A stretch of 64,000 nt of DNA, from assembly GCA_021740905.1 (NCBI GenBank), contig JAIOYV010000002.1, positions 68,512 through 132,511 on the forward strand, read 5' to 3'. Origin of the DNA: Bacteroidales bacterium (lineage in GTDB: Bacteria > Bacteroidota > Bacteroidia > Bacteroidales > M50B96). The notes under the pieces are model-generated. The model saw only the letters and a list, made by a program, of their open reading frames with translations, was not told the DNA's origin and did not search any database. This document shows positions 7,981 through 18,307 of the stretch, piece after piece (the first letter of the stretch is position 1; each line of letters begins with the position of its first letter). The position numbers and the translations under genes were made by a program.

Positions 7981-9198
7981 TCATTTCATTACCTTTAAAA
8001 TCTCCCCTTCCGATTTTGCGATTAGCGAAGCCCCACAGCTATCGCTCCATACATTTACGGTAGTGCGGAACATATCCAAAATCCGGTCGACGGCAATAAT
8101 CAGCCCTACACCTTCAAGAGGTAAACCCAGAGCTGAAAGTACAATGGTAATCATGACCAATCCCGCCATTGGAATTCCGGCTGCACCAATCGAAGCCAGG
8201 AGTGCAGTGAATACCCCAATCAATTGCTGCGGAATGGTAAGATCGATTCCATAAGCCTGGGCGATAAACATAGCCGCCACAAGTTCGTACAGGGCGGTTC
8301 CGTCCATGTTTATGGTGGCCCCGAGTGGGAGGGTGAAACTAGAAATTTTGTTTGAAACTCCTGCATTCTCTTCAGCAGCGGTCATTGTTAATGGCAGGGT
8401 GGCACTGGATGATGAAGTCGAAAATGCAGTCAGCAAAGGGATTGACATGGCCTTTAGTTGTTTGAGAGGATTAATTTTTCCAACCATCCGTAAGAGTAGG
8501 GGCAAGGTGATGGTTGAATGGACAGCTAGGGCAGCCACAACCGCTAACATGTATAGTCCCATTTTGCTTACCAATTGGAGCAAATCGCTTTGTTCGGAAA
8601 CTACTTTAGCTACAATTCCCAATATTCCTAATGGTGTGAATTTTATGATGAATAGGGTCAATTTCATCATTACCTCGAATGTAGAATCGAAAAATTCGGT
8701 AAGCGTTTTCCGTGGCTTTTCTTGTATCTGGGTAATGAAAAAGCCAAACAACAGGGCGAAGAATATGATCGACAACATCTGTCCGTTACTGAATGCCTGA
8801 AAGATATTGGTTGGGATGATGTTAATTAAGGTGTCGCCAAAAGATTCGGTTGCCAGGGCTAAACCTTCGACTTCTTTTGTAAACCCAAGATCGGCACCCA
8901 CCCCGGGCTTTAGCCAATTCACAAAAAACAAGCCTGTGAAAATAGCAATAGTACTGGTTGCAATATAATAGCCTATTGTTTTAAGACCTAAGCGGCCAAG
9001 ATTCTCGGCGTTCCCAATGGATGTAATTCCTGAGATAATAGAGCTAAGGATTAGGGGAACGATCACCATTTTCAAAGCCCGGAGGAATACATCGCCCATC
9101 CAGTCAATGAGGTATACATAATCGGCCAGGAAAGCACCGTAAAATACAGCCAGTACCAATGCAATCAATATCTGCCAATGTAGTTGGATCCGCTTCAT
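7981..9198 (-). CDS. Dicarboxylate/amino acid:cation symporter (GltP/DAACS family)
   Basis: AFSTSSSSATLP, LPLGATINMDGTALYE, ASIGAAGIP, DRILDMFRTTVNV motifs. Confidence 0.93.
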   Translation of the reverse strand: MKRIQLHWQILIALVLAVFYGAFLADYVYLIDWMGDVFLRALKMVIVPLILSSIISGITSIGNAENLGRLGLKTIGYYIATSTIAIFTGLFFVNWLKPGVGADLGFTKEVEGLALATESFGDTLINIIPTNIFQAFSNGQMLSIIFFALLFGFFITQIQEKPRKTLTEFFDSTFEVMMKLTLFIIKFTPLGILGIVAKVVSEQSDLLQLVSKMGLYMLAVVAALAVHSTITLPLLLRMVGKINPLKQLKAMSIPLLTAFSTSSSSATLPLTMTAAEENAGVSNKISSFTLPLGATINMDGTALYELVAAMFIAQAYGIDLTIPQQLIGVFTALLASIGAAGIPMAGLVMITIVLSALGLPLEGVGLIIAVDRILDMFRTTVNVWSDSCGASLIAKSEGEILKVMK

Positions 9199-9360
9199 AA
9201 TTTGTGTTTTCAAAGAAAAGACCGAAGATAGATAAAATAGGGAAAATGAACCAATACTTATTTTTTCATTGTCTCAAAGTTTATTGTAAATTAGCACAAT
9301 AATTCAAATATTGCTTTTTTGCCATTTTACTAATCATAATATCTAACTAAATAAAAAGCT

Positions 9361-10404
9361 ATGGAAATGATCTGTAATCAAAATTCAAAAGTAAAAGACT
9401 CCCTGAAAAAATGCTATCAAAGACTATCAACAACAGCCTATTATTTAGCTTTTGTGTTATTTCTATTAACAATATACCAATGCAAGGATATACCGGGTAA
9501 GAAAACTTTAAAAAATTCGGGGTCAACATACTATATTCATTTCAATTTCGATAAATCTCAAGATGGTACAACTGTTCTCGATACAGAATCCATCATGAAT
9601 AGGTTGTTGGCTAGCTTCGCAGAGGGTCGTCCAAACGATGTCTTTCTCTCTGAAGAGGATCTAAAAGAAAAATTTCAACTGACCGAAGAGGAATGTAATC
9701 GTCACCCAGATTACAACACCCGGTTTTATTCTGTAGAATTGGGCCTTGCCGGAGCTTTCTTCTTGACAATCTCGCCTCACGAAACAAATAGCGACTCAAT
9801 TGTTATCGAAACAAAAGAAACATTTTATTTTGATCGAGGCAGCACAAAGATTAGTAGCTCAGCGTTAAATTCTTACGATTTAAAAAATTTAGAAGTAGAA
9901 TATAAAAATAGTTTGCCATTGTTTTTCGGGACTGCCAGATCAATGCCATTTGTTGGAATAGTAGAAAGTTATACAGATAGCATCTTAATCTTTAAATTCG
10001 ATAAGAAACTTAAAGCTCAAAAGCAACAATGTGAAGGGGACAAACTATTGGCTGATGACTTTTTGTTATTTAGGAGAATTTACACAGGCAAATCAGGCTA
10101 TCATCAGTTGTTAGCAGATCAACAAGGAAAAATTGACTATTTGAAAGATAAAGGTGAAAAGGATTTCTCACTTCAAAATGCAAATGAAAATTACAACCAT
10201 ATTAAAAATGATTTGAAATCTCCATTAATTGAAGGTGCTTCACATCGTGAGTATATAGACATTAAGGGAAAAGTAATACAAATGTCAGATTCTACAGGTC
10301 GGGCCACTTGGACCCCAACCGGAATGTATCCTTTTGAAAAGCCCAAAAAAGGAGATGAAATAATAATATTGCTAAGTTCTTTTGAAGAATGGGATTTAAG
10401 GTAG
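9361..10404 (+). CDS. Hypothetical exported or lipo-protein
   Basis: 347-aa open frame, hydrophobic stretch ending in Cys (LAFVLFLLTIYQC), AT-rich; no family recognised; start uncertain. Confidence 0.55.
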   Translation: MEMICNQNSKVKDSLKKCYQRLSTTAYYLAFVLFLLTIYQCKDIPGKKTLKNSGSTYYIHFNFDKSQDGTTVLDTESIMNRLLASFAEGRPNDVFLSEEDLKEKFQLTEEECNRHPDYNTRFYSVELGLAGAFFLTISPHETNSDSIVIETKETFYFDRGSTKISSSALNSYDLKNLEVEYKNSLPLFFGTARSMPFVGIVESYTDSILIFKFDKKLKAQKQQCEGDKLLADDFLLFRRIYTGKSGYHQLLADQQGKIDYLKDKGEKDFSLQNANENYNHIKNDLKSPLIEGASHREYIDIKGKVIQMSDSTGRATWTPTGMYPFEKPKKGDEIIILLSSFEEWDLR

Positions 10405-10502
10405 AAGCATAGATTTAGGACAACACCCAAACTGATTATATATTAGAGGAGTGCAGGCAACAAAATTTCCTTACTTTTGTTTGGTATTGATAATCCTGTT
10501 AA

Positions 10503-12974
10503 ATGTTTATAACCGCAAGCGAAAAAACTGCCCTAATCTTTCAGAATAAGGAATTTAGCTATAAGCACATAATTCAGAACACTGACTATTTTGCCACACT
10601 TTTTACCCAGGAACATACATCGAAAGTGGCAATCTTTGCTGAAAACAGGCCCGGTTGGATATATGCTTTCTATTCTGCCTGGAAAAATGATTGTATTGCC
10701 GTACCCATTGATTTTATGGCTGTTGCCGATGAAGTGGCATACATTATTAATGATTGCCAACCTGAAGTCATTTTTGTTTCGGATGAAAGAATACCGGTTT
10801 TGATGGATGCCCTAAAACAGGTGGACTACAAACCCTTGCTCATAAACATAAATGAAAACGAAGAGCTTGCCGAACAACAAAATGAGGAGCCTGTTATTTT
10901 TCCCGAGCCGGAGGCAGAAAAAACTGCTTTACTGATTTATACATCAGGGACAACAGGTAGCCCAAAGGGCGTAATGCTTTCGTTCAATAACCTATTGTTC
11001 AACATTGAGGCGGTTACCAAAAAGGTAAAAATTATTACCACAGGAGAACGATTGATGATCTTGCTCCCGCTACATCATATTTTCCCGCTTCTTGGGACCC
11101 TGATTGCCCCCTTTTATATGGAGTTGACTGTTGCCATGTCGCCCTCCCTGGCATCCGAAGACATAATCAAAACATTGCAGGACAATAAAGTCAGTGTATT
11201 TATTGGGGTTCCCCGCTTATTCTATCTTATCAGAAAAGGGATTATGGCCAAGGTTGAGCAAAAGCGGATAGCCCGGATTCTGTTTAAACTAGCCCAAAAG
11301 GTCGACTCTTACAAGTTTTCGAGGAAAATATTTAAAGAAGTTCACAACAAATTTGGGGGTAGCATAAAATATATGATATCGGGTGGTGCCGCCTTAGACC
11401 CTGTTGTGGGCAGAGATTTCCGGACACTTGGATTTGAAATTCTCGAGGGATATGGAATGACCGAAACAGCCCCTATGATCACCTTCACGCAGCCAGGAAA
11501 GGTACTAGTAGGTTCCCCTGGTTTTGTGATTGATGGTGCCGATGTGGAGGTGCGCGATGGCGAGATTGTTTGCCGCGGACCCAATGTCATGCAAGGCTAT
11601 TACAACAAACCAGTAGATACAGCCGAAATAATAAAAGATGGTTGGCTGCATACCGGCGATCTCGGCCATTTCGATGAGCAGGGTTTTTTATTTATTACCG
11701 GTCGTAAAAAGGAAATTATCACCCTGTCGAGTGGCAAGAATATCAATCCCTCTGAAATTGAATTCAAACTTGAAGAGGCCAACCCTATTGTAAAGGAAGC
11801 CGGTGTTTTTCTTGATAAAGAAATATTGCGGGCCATTATTTCGGTCGATCCTGTTGTTGCCCGTGAGCTGGGAACTGTTGATATAAAAGAGAAGGTTAGG
11901 CAAAATATTATTGAAGCCTATAATCTACAATGTAACCCTTACAAAAAAATCCTGGGCTTCGACATCACCCATGAAGAATTGCCGAAAACGAGGCTCGGAA
12001 AAATTAAAAGGTTCCAATTGCCCACATTGATCCAGAGTTTCGAGGATAAAAAGGAGGAAGCTGAAGATAGCCAACTCGAAGAGTACTTTATCATCAAAAA
12101 ATTTATTGAGGACGAAAAAGGCATCACTGTAAAAGCCAGCGACCACCTCGAATTTGATATAGCCCTTGATTCTTTGGACAAGATCAGCCTTCAGGTTTTT
12201 CTTGATGTGAGTTTTGGCTTAAAGCTATCGCCCGAAGAAATAATGGCCTTCCCTTCGGTGTTGAAGTTGAGCGAAATGGTCCACAACGAAAAAAAGAAAA
12301 CGAGCGTGGATACCATTAACTGGGCCGAAATCCTGAAGGAAAAAATCCATATAGCACTGCCAAAGTCATGGATCACCAGCAATATCATCATCAAACTGTC
12401 GAAGTATTTTTTCCATCTTTATTTCAGGTTCCATGCCATCGGCAAAAACAACCTCCCCAATACTCCCTGCATCATTGCACCCAACCACCAAAGCTTTATC
12501 GACGGGCTTTTTGTTGCCACCATGATTAAGACCCGGAGTATGCGCAACACCTATTTTTATGCGAAGGAAAAACACGTGCAGCGCCGATGGGTGAAATTCT
12601 TTGCCGGTCGCAACAATGTCATTATCATGGATATAAACAACGATCTTAAATTGTCGATCCAAAAGATGGCCGAGGCATTAAAAAACAAACGGAATATCAT
12701 CATTTTTCCTGAAGGCACCCGTACTAAAAACGGTAAACTTGGTCCCTTTAAAAAGACCTTCGCCATACTTAGCCGCGAATTGAATGTTCCTATTGTTCCC
12801 GTAGCCATTCGAGGGGCTTTCGAAGCATTGCCATCAGGCTCTTTTTTGCCAAAGCCCTTTAAAACGATTTGTGTAGAATTCCTGCCACCAATCCATCCCG
12901 AAGAACAACAAAGCTACGATTCCATAGCCGATTTGGTGAAAGAGAAAATTGAAGCACAAATGAGAGGATGTTGA
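10503..12974 (+). CDS. Long-chain acyl-AMP/CoA synthetase - carrier domain - PlsC acyltransferase fusion
   Basis: YTSGTTGSPKG, GYGMTE, TGDLG (adenylation); LDSL carrier serine; PNHQSFID and FPEGTR (PlsC); TACTTTTG box at 10472. Confidence 0.88.
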   Translation: MFITASEKTALIFQNKEFSYKHIIQNTDYFATLFTQEHTSKVAIFAENRPGWIYAFYSAWKNDCIAVPIDFMAVADEVAYIINDCQPEVIFVSDERIPVLMDALKQVDYKPLLININENEELAEQQNEEPVIFPEPEAEKTALLIYTSGTTGSPKGVMLSFNNLLFNIEAVTKKVKIITTGERLMILLPLHHIFPLLGTLIAPFYMELTVAMSPSLASEDIIKTLQDNKVSVFIGVPRLFYLIRKGIMAKVEQKRIARILFKLAQKVDSYKFSRKIFKEVHNKFGGSIKYMISGGAALDPVVGRDFRTLGFEILEGYGMTETAPMITFTQPGKVLVGSPGFVIDGADVEVRDGEIVCRGPNVMQGYYNKPVDTAEIIKDGWLHTGDLGHFDEQGFLFITGRKKEIITLSSGKNINPSEIEFKLEEANPIVKEAGVFLDKEILRAIISVDPVVARELGTVDIKEKVRQNIIEAYNLQCNPYKKILGFDITHEELPKTRLGKIKRFQLPTLIQSFEDKKEEAEDSQLEEYFIIKKFIEDEKGITVKASDHLEFDIALDSLDKISLQVFLDVSFGLKLSPEEIMAFPSVLKLSEMVHNEKKKTSVDTINWAEILKEKIHIALPKSWITSNIIIKLSKYFFHLYFRFHAIGKNNLPNTPCIIAPNHQSFIDGLFVATMIKTRSMRNTYFYAKEKHVQRRWVKFFAGRNNVIIMDINNDLKLSIQKMAEALKNKRNIIIFPEGTRTKNGKLGPFKKTFAILSRELNVPIVPVAIRGAFEALPSGSFLPKPFKTICVEFLPPIHPEEQQSYDSIADLVKEKIEAQMRGC

Positions 12975-13025
12975 AATGAATTTTGAACTACATCATGTTT
13001 GATTTGTGTATTAAAATATAAGTAT

Positions 13026-13033
13026 TATATTTG
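13026..13033 (+). promoter_or_regulatory. Bacteroidota primary-sigma -7 box (TAnnTTTG), representative
   Basis: TATATTTG upstream of the ECF sigma gene; same box upstream of genes at 10472, 25473, 34200, 42790, 48218, 53982, 56432, 61852 (+) and 40209, 42018, 44747, 48042 (-). Confidence 0.65.
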
Positions 13034-13124
13034 CGTTGATAATTTAATTTCGAAAATCTAAATAAAAGGAGACTGCTTATAGACACAAATTTACCTTAAA
13101 ATAATCATACAAAGGAGGTAAAGA

Positions 13125-13715
13125 ATGTCAAATTCAAAATTAACAGATTATGAATTGGTAGAACGATTCATAAACGGTGAGCAGTCGGGTATCGAAGTTT
13201 TAATCAACCGTCACAAAAACAGGGTTTACACTTACATCTTACTACTTGTAAAAAACGACCAGCTAGCCGAAGATATTTTTCAGGATACATTTATTAAAGT
13301 GATAAATTCCTTACGTGCTGGAAAATACCACGACAAAGGTCGCTTTGTATCCTGGGTAGTGCGAATTGCTCACAACCTAATCATCGACCATTTCAGAAAA
13401 GAAAAGCATTTGAATACCATCTCGAACGATGCGACTGAAATGGATATGTTCAATTCACCAAGGTATTCCGACAAGAATATCGAGGAAGTATTAATCGGCG
13501 ATCAGATTACGAATGATGTGCGCAAATTGATTGAAGAATTGCCCGAAGAGCAAAAAGAGGTGATTATTCTGCGTCATTATGTTGGCTTAAGTTTCAAAGA
13601 TATTGCCGAACAAACCGATGTAAGCATCAACACAGCCCTGGGCCGTATGCGCTATGCATTGATAAACATGCGAAAATTGATCAAAGAAAAAAATCTGAGT
13701 CTGTCGATGATGTAG
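13125..13715 (+). CDS. RNA polymerase sigma-70 ECF-family factor
   Basis: Region 2 AEDIFQDTFIK..WVVRIAHNLIIDHFRK; region 4 LPEEQKEVIILRHY.GLSFKDIAEQTDVSINTALGRMRYA. Confidence 0.92.
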   Translation: MSNSKLTDYELVERFINGEQSGIEVLINRHKNRVYTYILLLVKNDQLAEDIFQDTFIKVINSLRAGKYHDKGRFVSWVVRIAHNLIIDHFRKEKHLNTISNDATEMDMFNSPRYSDKNIEEVLIGDQITNDVRKLIEELPEEQKEVIILRHYVGLSFKDIAEQTDVSINTALGRMRYALINMRKLIKEKNLSLSMM

Positions 13716-13766
13716 GGATTAGGTCTTCATTTGAGATTGAAACACGGATTTCATAGTTTATTTGGA

Positions 13767-13810
13767 ATAAAAAATCAGGTTCCTATAATTGGATACCTGA
13801 TTTTTATTTT
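13767..13810. terminator. Bidirectional intrinsic terminator between sigma gene and clpB
   Basis: aaaaaatcaggt-tcc...gga-tacctgattttt inverted repeat with A/T tails between convergent genes. Confidence 0.75.
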
Positions 13811-13812
13811 TC

Positions 13813-16404
13813 CTACTTATTCAAAAACTCAAAGCTATCTTCCTTAAGGTCGATAAAAATCCCATGCTCTTTATCCACTTTTCCTTCCAGGATTTGTTTT
13901 GAGAGTTCGTTCAATATCATTTTCTGAAGCACACGCTTCACCGGTCTGGCTCCATATTGAGGATCGAAACCCATCTCGCCAAGCTTTTCAATGGCCTCCG
14001 CTGAAATGTCGATTGTAACACCGTTCTTTCCAAGTGTTTGTTTAATCATATTGAATTGCAGCTTTACAATTTCCACTACTTGTTCTTTGGTAAGAGGCGT
14101 AAACATAATCACTTCATCGATCCGATTGAGGAATTCAGGGCGTATGCTTTGTTTGAGCAATTCGAAAACCTGTTTGCGGATGTGTTCATGTTTTTCATTA
14201 TTATACTCACTGCTTCCAGTCGAAAGCCCTTCCTGGATAATGTGCGAGCCTACATTGGAAGTCATTATAACAATGGTGTTTTTGAAATTTACAACCCGGC
14301 CTTTATTATCTGTCAACCGGCCATCGTCCAGCACTTGCAGAAGGATGTTAAACACATCGGGGTGGGCTTTTTCAATTTCGTCCAATAAAACCACTGAGTA
14401 GGGTTTGCGGCGAACAGCTTCGGTGAGTTGCCCACCTTCATCATAACCAACATAGCCAGGAGGTGCTCCAATTAACCTCGACACCGAATGGCGTTCTTGG
14501 TATTCCGACATGTCGATACGGGTCATTAGGTTTTCATCATCAAACAGAAACTCGGCCAGGGCTTTGGCCAGCTCGGTTTTTCCAACCCCTGTCGAACCAA
14601 GGAAGATGAACGAGCCGATGGGCCGTTTCATGTCCTGCAAACCGGCACGGCTGCGACGAATAGCATCGGCCATTGCGGTGATGGCCTCATCCTGGCCAAT
14701 AACTCGTTGATGCAAGACATCTTCGAGAGTCAACAACTTTTCACGTTCGCTTTGCAACATTTTCCTGACTGGAATTCCGGTCCAGCGCGAAACCACATCG
14801 GCAATGTCTTCGGGGGTTACTTCTTCTTTTATCAAGGCTTCGTTCCCCTGCATTTCGGCCAGTTTTGCTTTTAAGCTATCAATTTCGGCTTCAGATTGCT
14901 GAATTTTGCCGTAGCGCAATTCAGCCACTTTTCCGTAATTGCCTTCCCGCTCTGCCTTTTCAGCTTCAAATTTATAGGATTCAATTTCTTCTTTGTGTTT
15001 TTGAATAGCATCAACTACAGCACGTTCCGACTGCCAATTAGCCTGTAGTTGATTAAGTTCCTCATTTAAATTGGCAATAGCCTCGCTGATTTCGATGGCT
15101 TTGGCTTTGTTGCCTTCGCGCTTTATGGCTTCCCTTTCAATTTCCAACTGCATGATTTTCCGCTGAACCTCATCAATTTCTTCGGGAACAGAATTCATTT
15201 CTAAACGCAATTTCGAGGCTGCCTCATCAATCAGGTCGATTGCTTTGTCGGGCAGGTGACGGTCGGAGATATAGCGTTGCGAAAGCTCAACGGCTGCAAT
15301 AATCGCATCGTCCTTAATCCTCACTTTATGGTGATTCTCGTATCGTTCTTTCAGTCCCCGCAATATGGAAATTGCGTTTAGAGTGTCTGGTTCGTCAACC
15401 ATTACTGTTTGAAACCGGCGCTCCAGGGCTTTGTCTTTTTCAAAATACTTTTGATACTCGTTCAGGGTGGTTGCGCCGATGGCGCGCAAATCGCCACGGG
15501 CAAGTGCAGGTTTCAAAATATTGGCGGCATCCATGGCCCCTTCGCCTTTACCAGCACCCACAAGGGTGTGGATTTCATCAATAAAAAGAACAATCTCCCC
15601 ATTCGATTCAACCACTTCTTTCACCACCGATTTTAGGCGTTCTTCAAATTCGCCTTTGTATTTTGCTCCGGCAATCAAAGCCCCCATATCAAGGGAAAAT
15701 ACCTGTTTGCTCTTCAGGTTTTCGGGCACGTCGCCTTTGATGATACGGTGTGCCAAACCTTCGGCAATGGCGGTTTTCCCAACGCCAGGTTCGCCTATAA
15801 GAATAGGATTGTTTTTGGTCCTTCGCGAAAGGATTTGCAAGATCCGGCGGATTTCATCATCACGGCCAATCACGGGATCCAACTTACCAGAACGTGCCCT
15901 TTCGTTTAGGTTGATGGCAAAACGGTTGAGCGAATTGAACGTATCTTCTGCAGTCTGGCTATTTACCTTCGATCCTTTGCGCAAGTCTTTGATAGCGGCC
16001 ATAAGTTCTTTTTCCGATACCCCTGCATCTTTCAAGATTTTTGATGCTTCGTTTTTTGTATCAAGGATTCCTAATAAAAGATGCTCGACCGAAATAAACT
16101 GGTCGCCCATTTTTTGGGCCACAGCCTGTGCCTTTTGCATGGCAGAATTCGAATCGCCCGACAAATAGGGCTGTCCTCCACTGACCTTAGGGTAGGAGCG
16201 GACTGCATGATCGAGGATATTGTCGATTTGTGAAAACTGAACACCCAACTTTTGAAGTAAAAAGTTGGTCACATTTTCGGCAGATGAAAAAACGCCTTTT
16301 AATATATGAGTTGGCTCCACAGCCTGTTGCTGGTGGGCCTGTGTCACATGAAAGGCCTTCTCTAAAGCTTCCTGTGCTTTTATGGTGAAATTATCAAAAT
16401 TCAT
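13813..16404 (-). CDS. clpB: ATP-dependent chaperone ClpB
   Basis: Two AAA+ modules (GEPGVGKT, GSTGVGKT), Clp-N domain, coiled-coil M domain, RLIGAPPGYVGYDEGG; 863 aa. Confidence 0.97.
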   Translation of the reverse strand: MNFDNFTIKAQEALEKAFHVTQAHQQQAVEPTHILKGVFSSAENVTNFLLQKLGVQFSQIDNILDHAVRSYPKVSGGQPYLSGDSNSAMQKAQAVAQKMGDQFISVEHLLLGILDTKNEASKILKDAGVSEKELMAAIKDLRKGSKVNSQTAEDTFNSLNRFAINLNERARSGKLDPVIGRDDEIRRILQILSRRTKNNPILIGEPGVGKTAIAEGLAHRIIKGDVPENLKSKQVFSLDMGALIAGAKYKGEFEERLKSVVKEVVESNGEIVLFIDEIHTLVGAGKGEGAMDAANILKPALARGDLRAIGATTLNEYQKYFEKDKALERRFQTVMVDEPDTLNAISILRGLKERYENHHKVRIKDDAIIAAVELSQRYISDRHLPDKAIDLIDEAASKLRLEMNSVPEEIDEVQRKIMQLEIEREAIKREGNKAKAIEISEAIANLNEELNQLQANWQSERAVVDAIQKHKEEIESYKFEAEKAEREGNYGKVAELRYGKIQQSEAEIDSLKAKLAEMQGNEALIKEEVTPEDIADVVSRWTGIPVRKMLQSEREKLLTLEDVLHQRVIGQDEAITAMADAIRRSRAGLQDMKRPIGSFIFLGSTGVGKTELAKALAEFLFDDENLMTRIDMSEYQERHSVSRLIGAPPGYVGYDEGGQLTEAVRRKPYSVVLLDEIEKAHPDVFNILLQVLDDGRLTDNKGRVVNFKNTIVIMTSNVGSHIIQEGLSTGSSEYNNEKHEHIRKQVFELLKQSIRPEFLNRIDEVIMFTPLTKEQVVEIVKLQFNMIKQTLGKNGVTIDISAEAIEKLGEMGFDPQYGARPVKRVLQKMILNELSKQILEGKVDKEHGIFIDLKEDSFEFLNK

Positions 16405-16442
16405 GTTTCTATATTTTTTGGTTAATAATTATTTCAGCGGGT

Positions 16443-16494
16443 TTCAAACTTGTTGCCATCCTTTCAATCTTCGTTATATAGGCCAGAATGTCAG
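16443..16494 (-). promoter_or_regulatory. Candidate sigma54-like promoter and upstream palindrome for clpB
   Basis: Minus strand TGGCAAC-AAGT-TTGA (GG-N10-GA), preceded by TGACA-ttc-TGGC. Confidence 0.4.
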
Positions 16495-16798
16495 TAAAAT
16501 AAGGCATCTCAGGAATTTTTGCCACACAATTTTGAGAATGAAATGAAAATATGACGGACTTCTTGAAAACTGTTAGATGTGGCATTTATAATTGCCCTAA
16601 AAATATTAATTGAAAAAACACATGCAGTTATGCAACTATTTATATATACTCGCATCCTAATCATACAATAAATGATTGCGGAACAAGAAAATGGGCACAC
16701 TGTACATAATACAAATGGGAATTATAGTAGCTGATTCAGTAATCTGTCAACTATTGGAACGATTATTATCTACCTTCACCGCATACAAATTTTAGCAA

Positions 16799-18304
16799 AT
16801 GAATTTCATTAAGTCAGTCATATTCTTCGGTTTAATCATGAATACCATGATCGTATTTGGTCAGAAAAACGATACGCTTGCTATTGTAAAGGAGTTAAAT
16901 ACAAAAGAGCAGTATTCAAAATCCATTACATTATTCCAGTCGTATTATCCAAGGCACAAAAATGATCAGTACGCCGGATGGATATATGCTCAAACACTCC
17001 ACTACTCTGGTAATTATGCTGAATCTCAAAGGATATATAAAATTACAATTCAGCAATTTCCTGGTAATAATGATATTAAATTGGATTTGATAAATAAGCT
17101 GGTCGAATCGGGTGATTTATCTGCGGCCATTGCCCAGATTGGTCTATTTCTCCCTGAATTCCCCACTGATTACAAATTTGTTGCCTACAAAACACTTGCA
17201 CAGGTTTTTTATTGGAAAGGAGATTACGATCAGGCCATTAAAGAAATAGAAAGAGCCTTGGTCATTTATAGCAACGATCAATCTGCAATTGATCTTAAAA
17301 ACGAAATCAGCCTGGCAAGAAGCAATTGGGTAAGTATTGATTTTAGTCACTTTACCGACGATCAACCTCTTACCAAATTGAACCCGTCAATTAGTTCGGG
17401 ATTTTATGTGAATTCCCGGCTTTCATTGGGAGTCAATGCCGATCATACTATCAATTCAATTTCTGACAGTAGCTATTCCACAACCTGGCTAAAAGGTTCA
17501 GCCAAATTAAATTTCATTGAAAGGAAAGCAGGACTAAAAGTTGAAGTAGGTACCATAATTTACCCTTCAAAAGAAAAAAGTTTTACGGGAAAGGTTGAAC
17601 TGAATAAAAAACTTACAAAATATTTGAATGTGGTTTTCGGTGCATCGTATCAGCCCTATTTGGCAACCACTTATTCTATTCAAGAAAAACTGATGCAAAC
17701 CCAATATGGTGCAGCTTTCGAATGGTATAATCCAAAAGGATTCATCGGAAGGGCATCCATTGATAATAACCATTTTTCAGCTATCGATAATTCCTATTAC
17801 ACAACAAGTGGCTGGCTTGTGTTTCCTCCTCTGAAATTAAAGAACTTTGATCTCCGTGTTGGATACGGTATTAATTACAGTGACTCGAAATGCAGTAATT
17901 TTGAATCAATAGAAACCCTAAATGACATCTTAACTGTATGGAATACAAACTATCAAATTGAAGGAAATTACAATCCCTTATTCACTCCCAATAAGCAGCT
18001 AATTCACTCGGCAGTTGGCTTAATGGAATATAGACCGAATAAAAAGTTGACAATGGCCATTGACATTAGCTATGGTTTTAGTGCAAAATCGAATTCACCA
18101 TACCTTTATCTTGACAGAGACAAAGGAGGTATTATCATTATTGCAAGGGATTTTGCCGAACAAAGTTATAAGCCAATGGATAGTAACTTATCTCTGAATT
18201 ATCAAATTTCTGATACCTTTAGCATTAAGGGATATTATAAGTACAAAAAGACCTACTATTATGAGAGTAAAAGTATTGGGATAACAGCCCGAATAGTTTT
18301 TTAG
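16799..18304 (+). CDS. TPR + C-terminal beta-barrel outer-membrane protein
   Basis: Signal peptide, TPR-like helices (LAQVFYWKGDYDQAIKEIERAL), amphipathic strands, terminal Phe (ITARIVF). Confidence 0.7.
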   Translation: MNFIKSVIFFGLIMNTMIVFGQKNDTLAIVKELNTKEQYSKSITLFQSYYPRHKNDQYAGWIYAQTLHYSGNYAESQRIYKITIQQFPGNNDIKLDLINKLVESGDLSAAIAQIGLFLPEFPTDYKFVAYKTLAQVFYWKGDYDQAIKEIERALVIYSNDQSAIDLKNEISLARSNWVSIDFSHFTDDQPLTKLNPSISSGFYVNSRLSLGVNADHTINSISDSSYSTTWLKGSAKLNFIERKAGLKVEVGTIIYPSKEKSFTGKVELNKKLTKYLNVVFGASYQPYLATTYSIQEKLMQTQYGAAFEWYNPKGFIGRASIDNNHFSAIDNSYYTTSGWLVFPPLKLKNFDLRVGYGINYSDSKCSNFESIETLNDILTVWNTNYQIEGNYNPLFTPNKQLIHSAVGLMEYRPNKKLTMAIDISYGFSAKSNSPYLYLDRDKGGIIIIARDFAEQSYKPMDSNLSLNYQISDTFSIKGYYKYKKTYYYESKSIGITARIVF

Positions 18305-18307
18305 TCG

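Noticed and set aside
15467..16168. 233-aa antisense ORF inside clpB, and other long shadow ORFs in nfnB, gltP, guaA and ABC genes
   Set aside because: Typical antisense shadows of conserved genes; no independent motifs or signals
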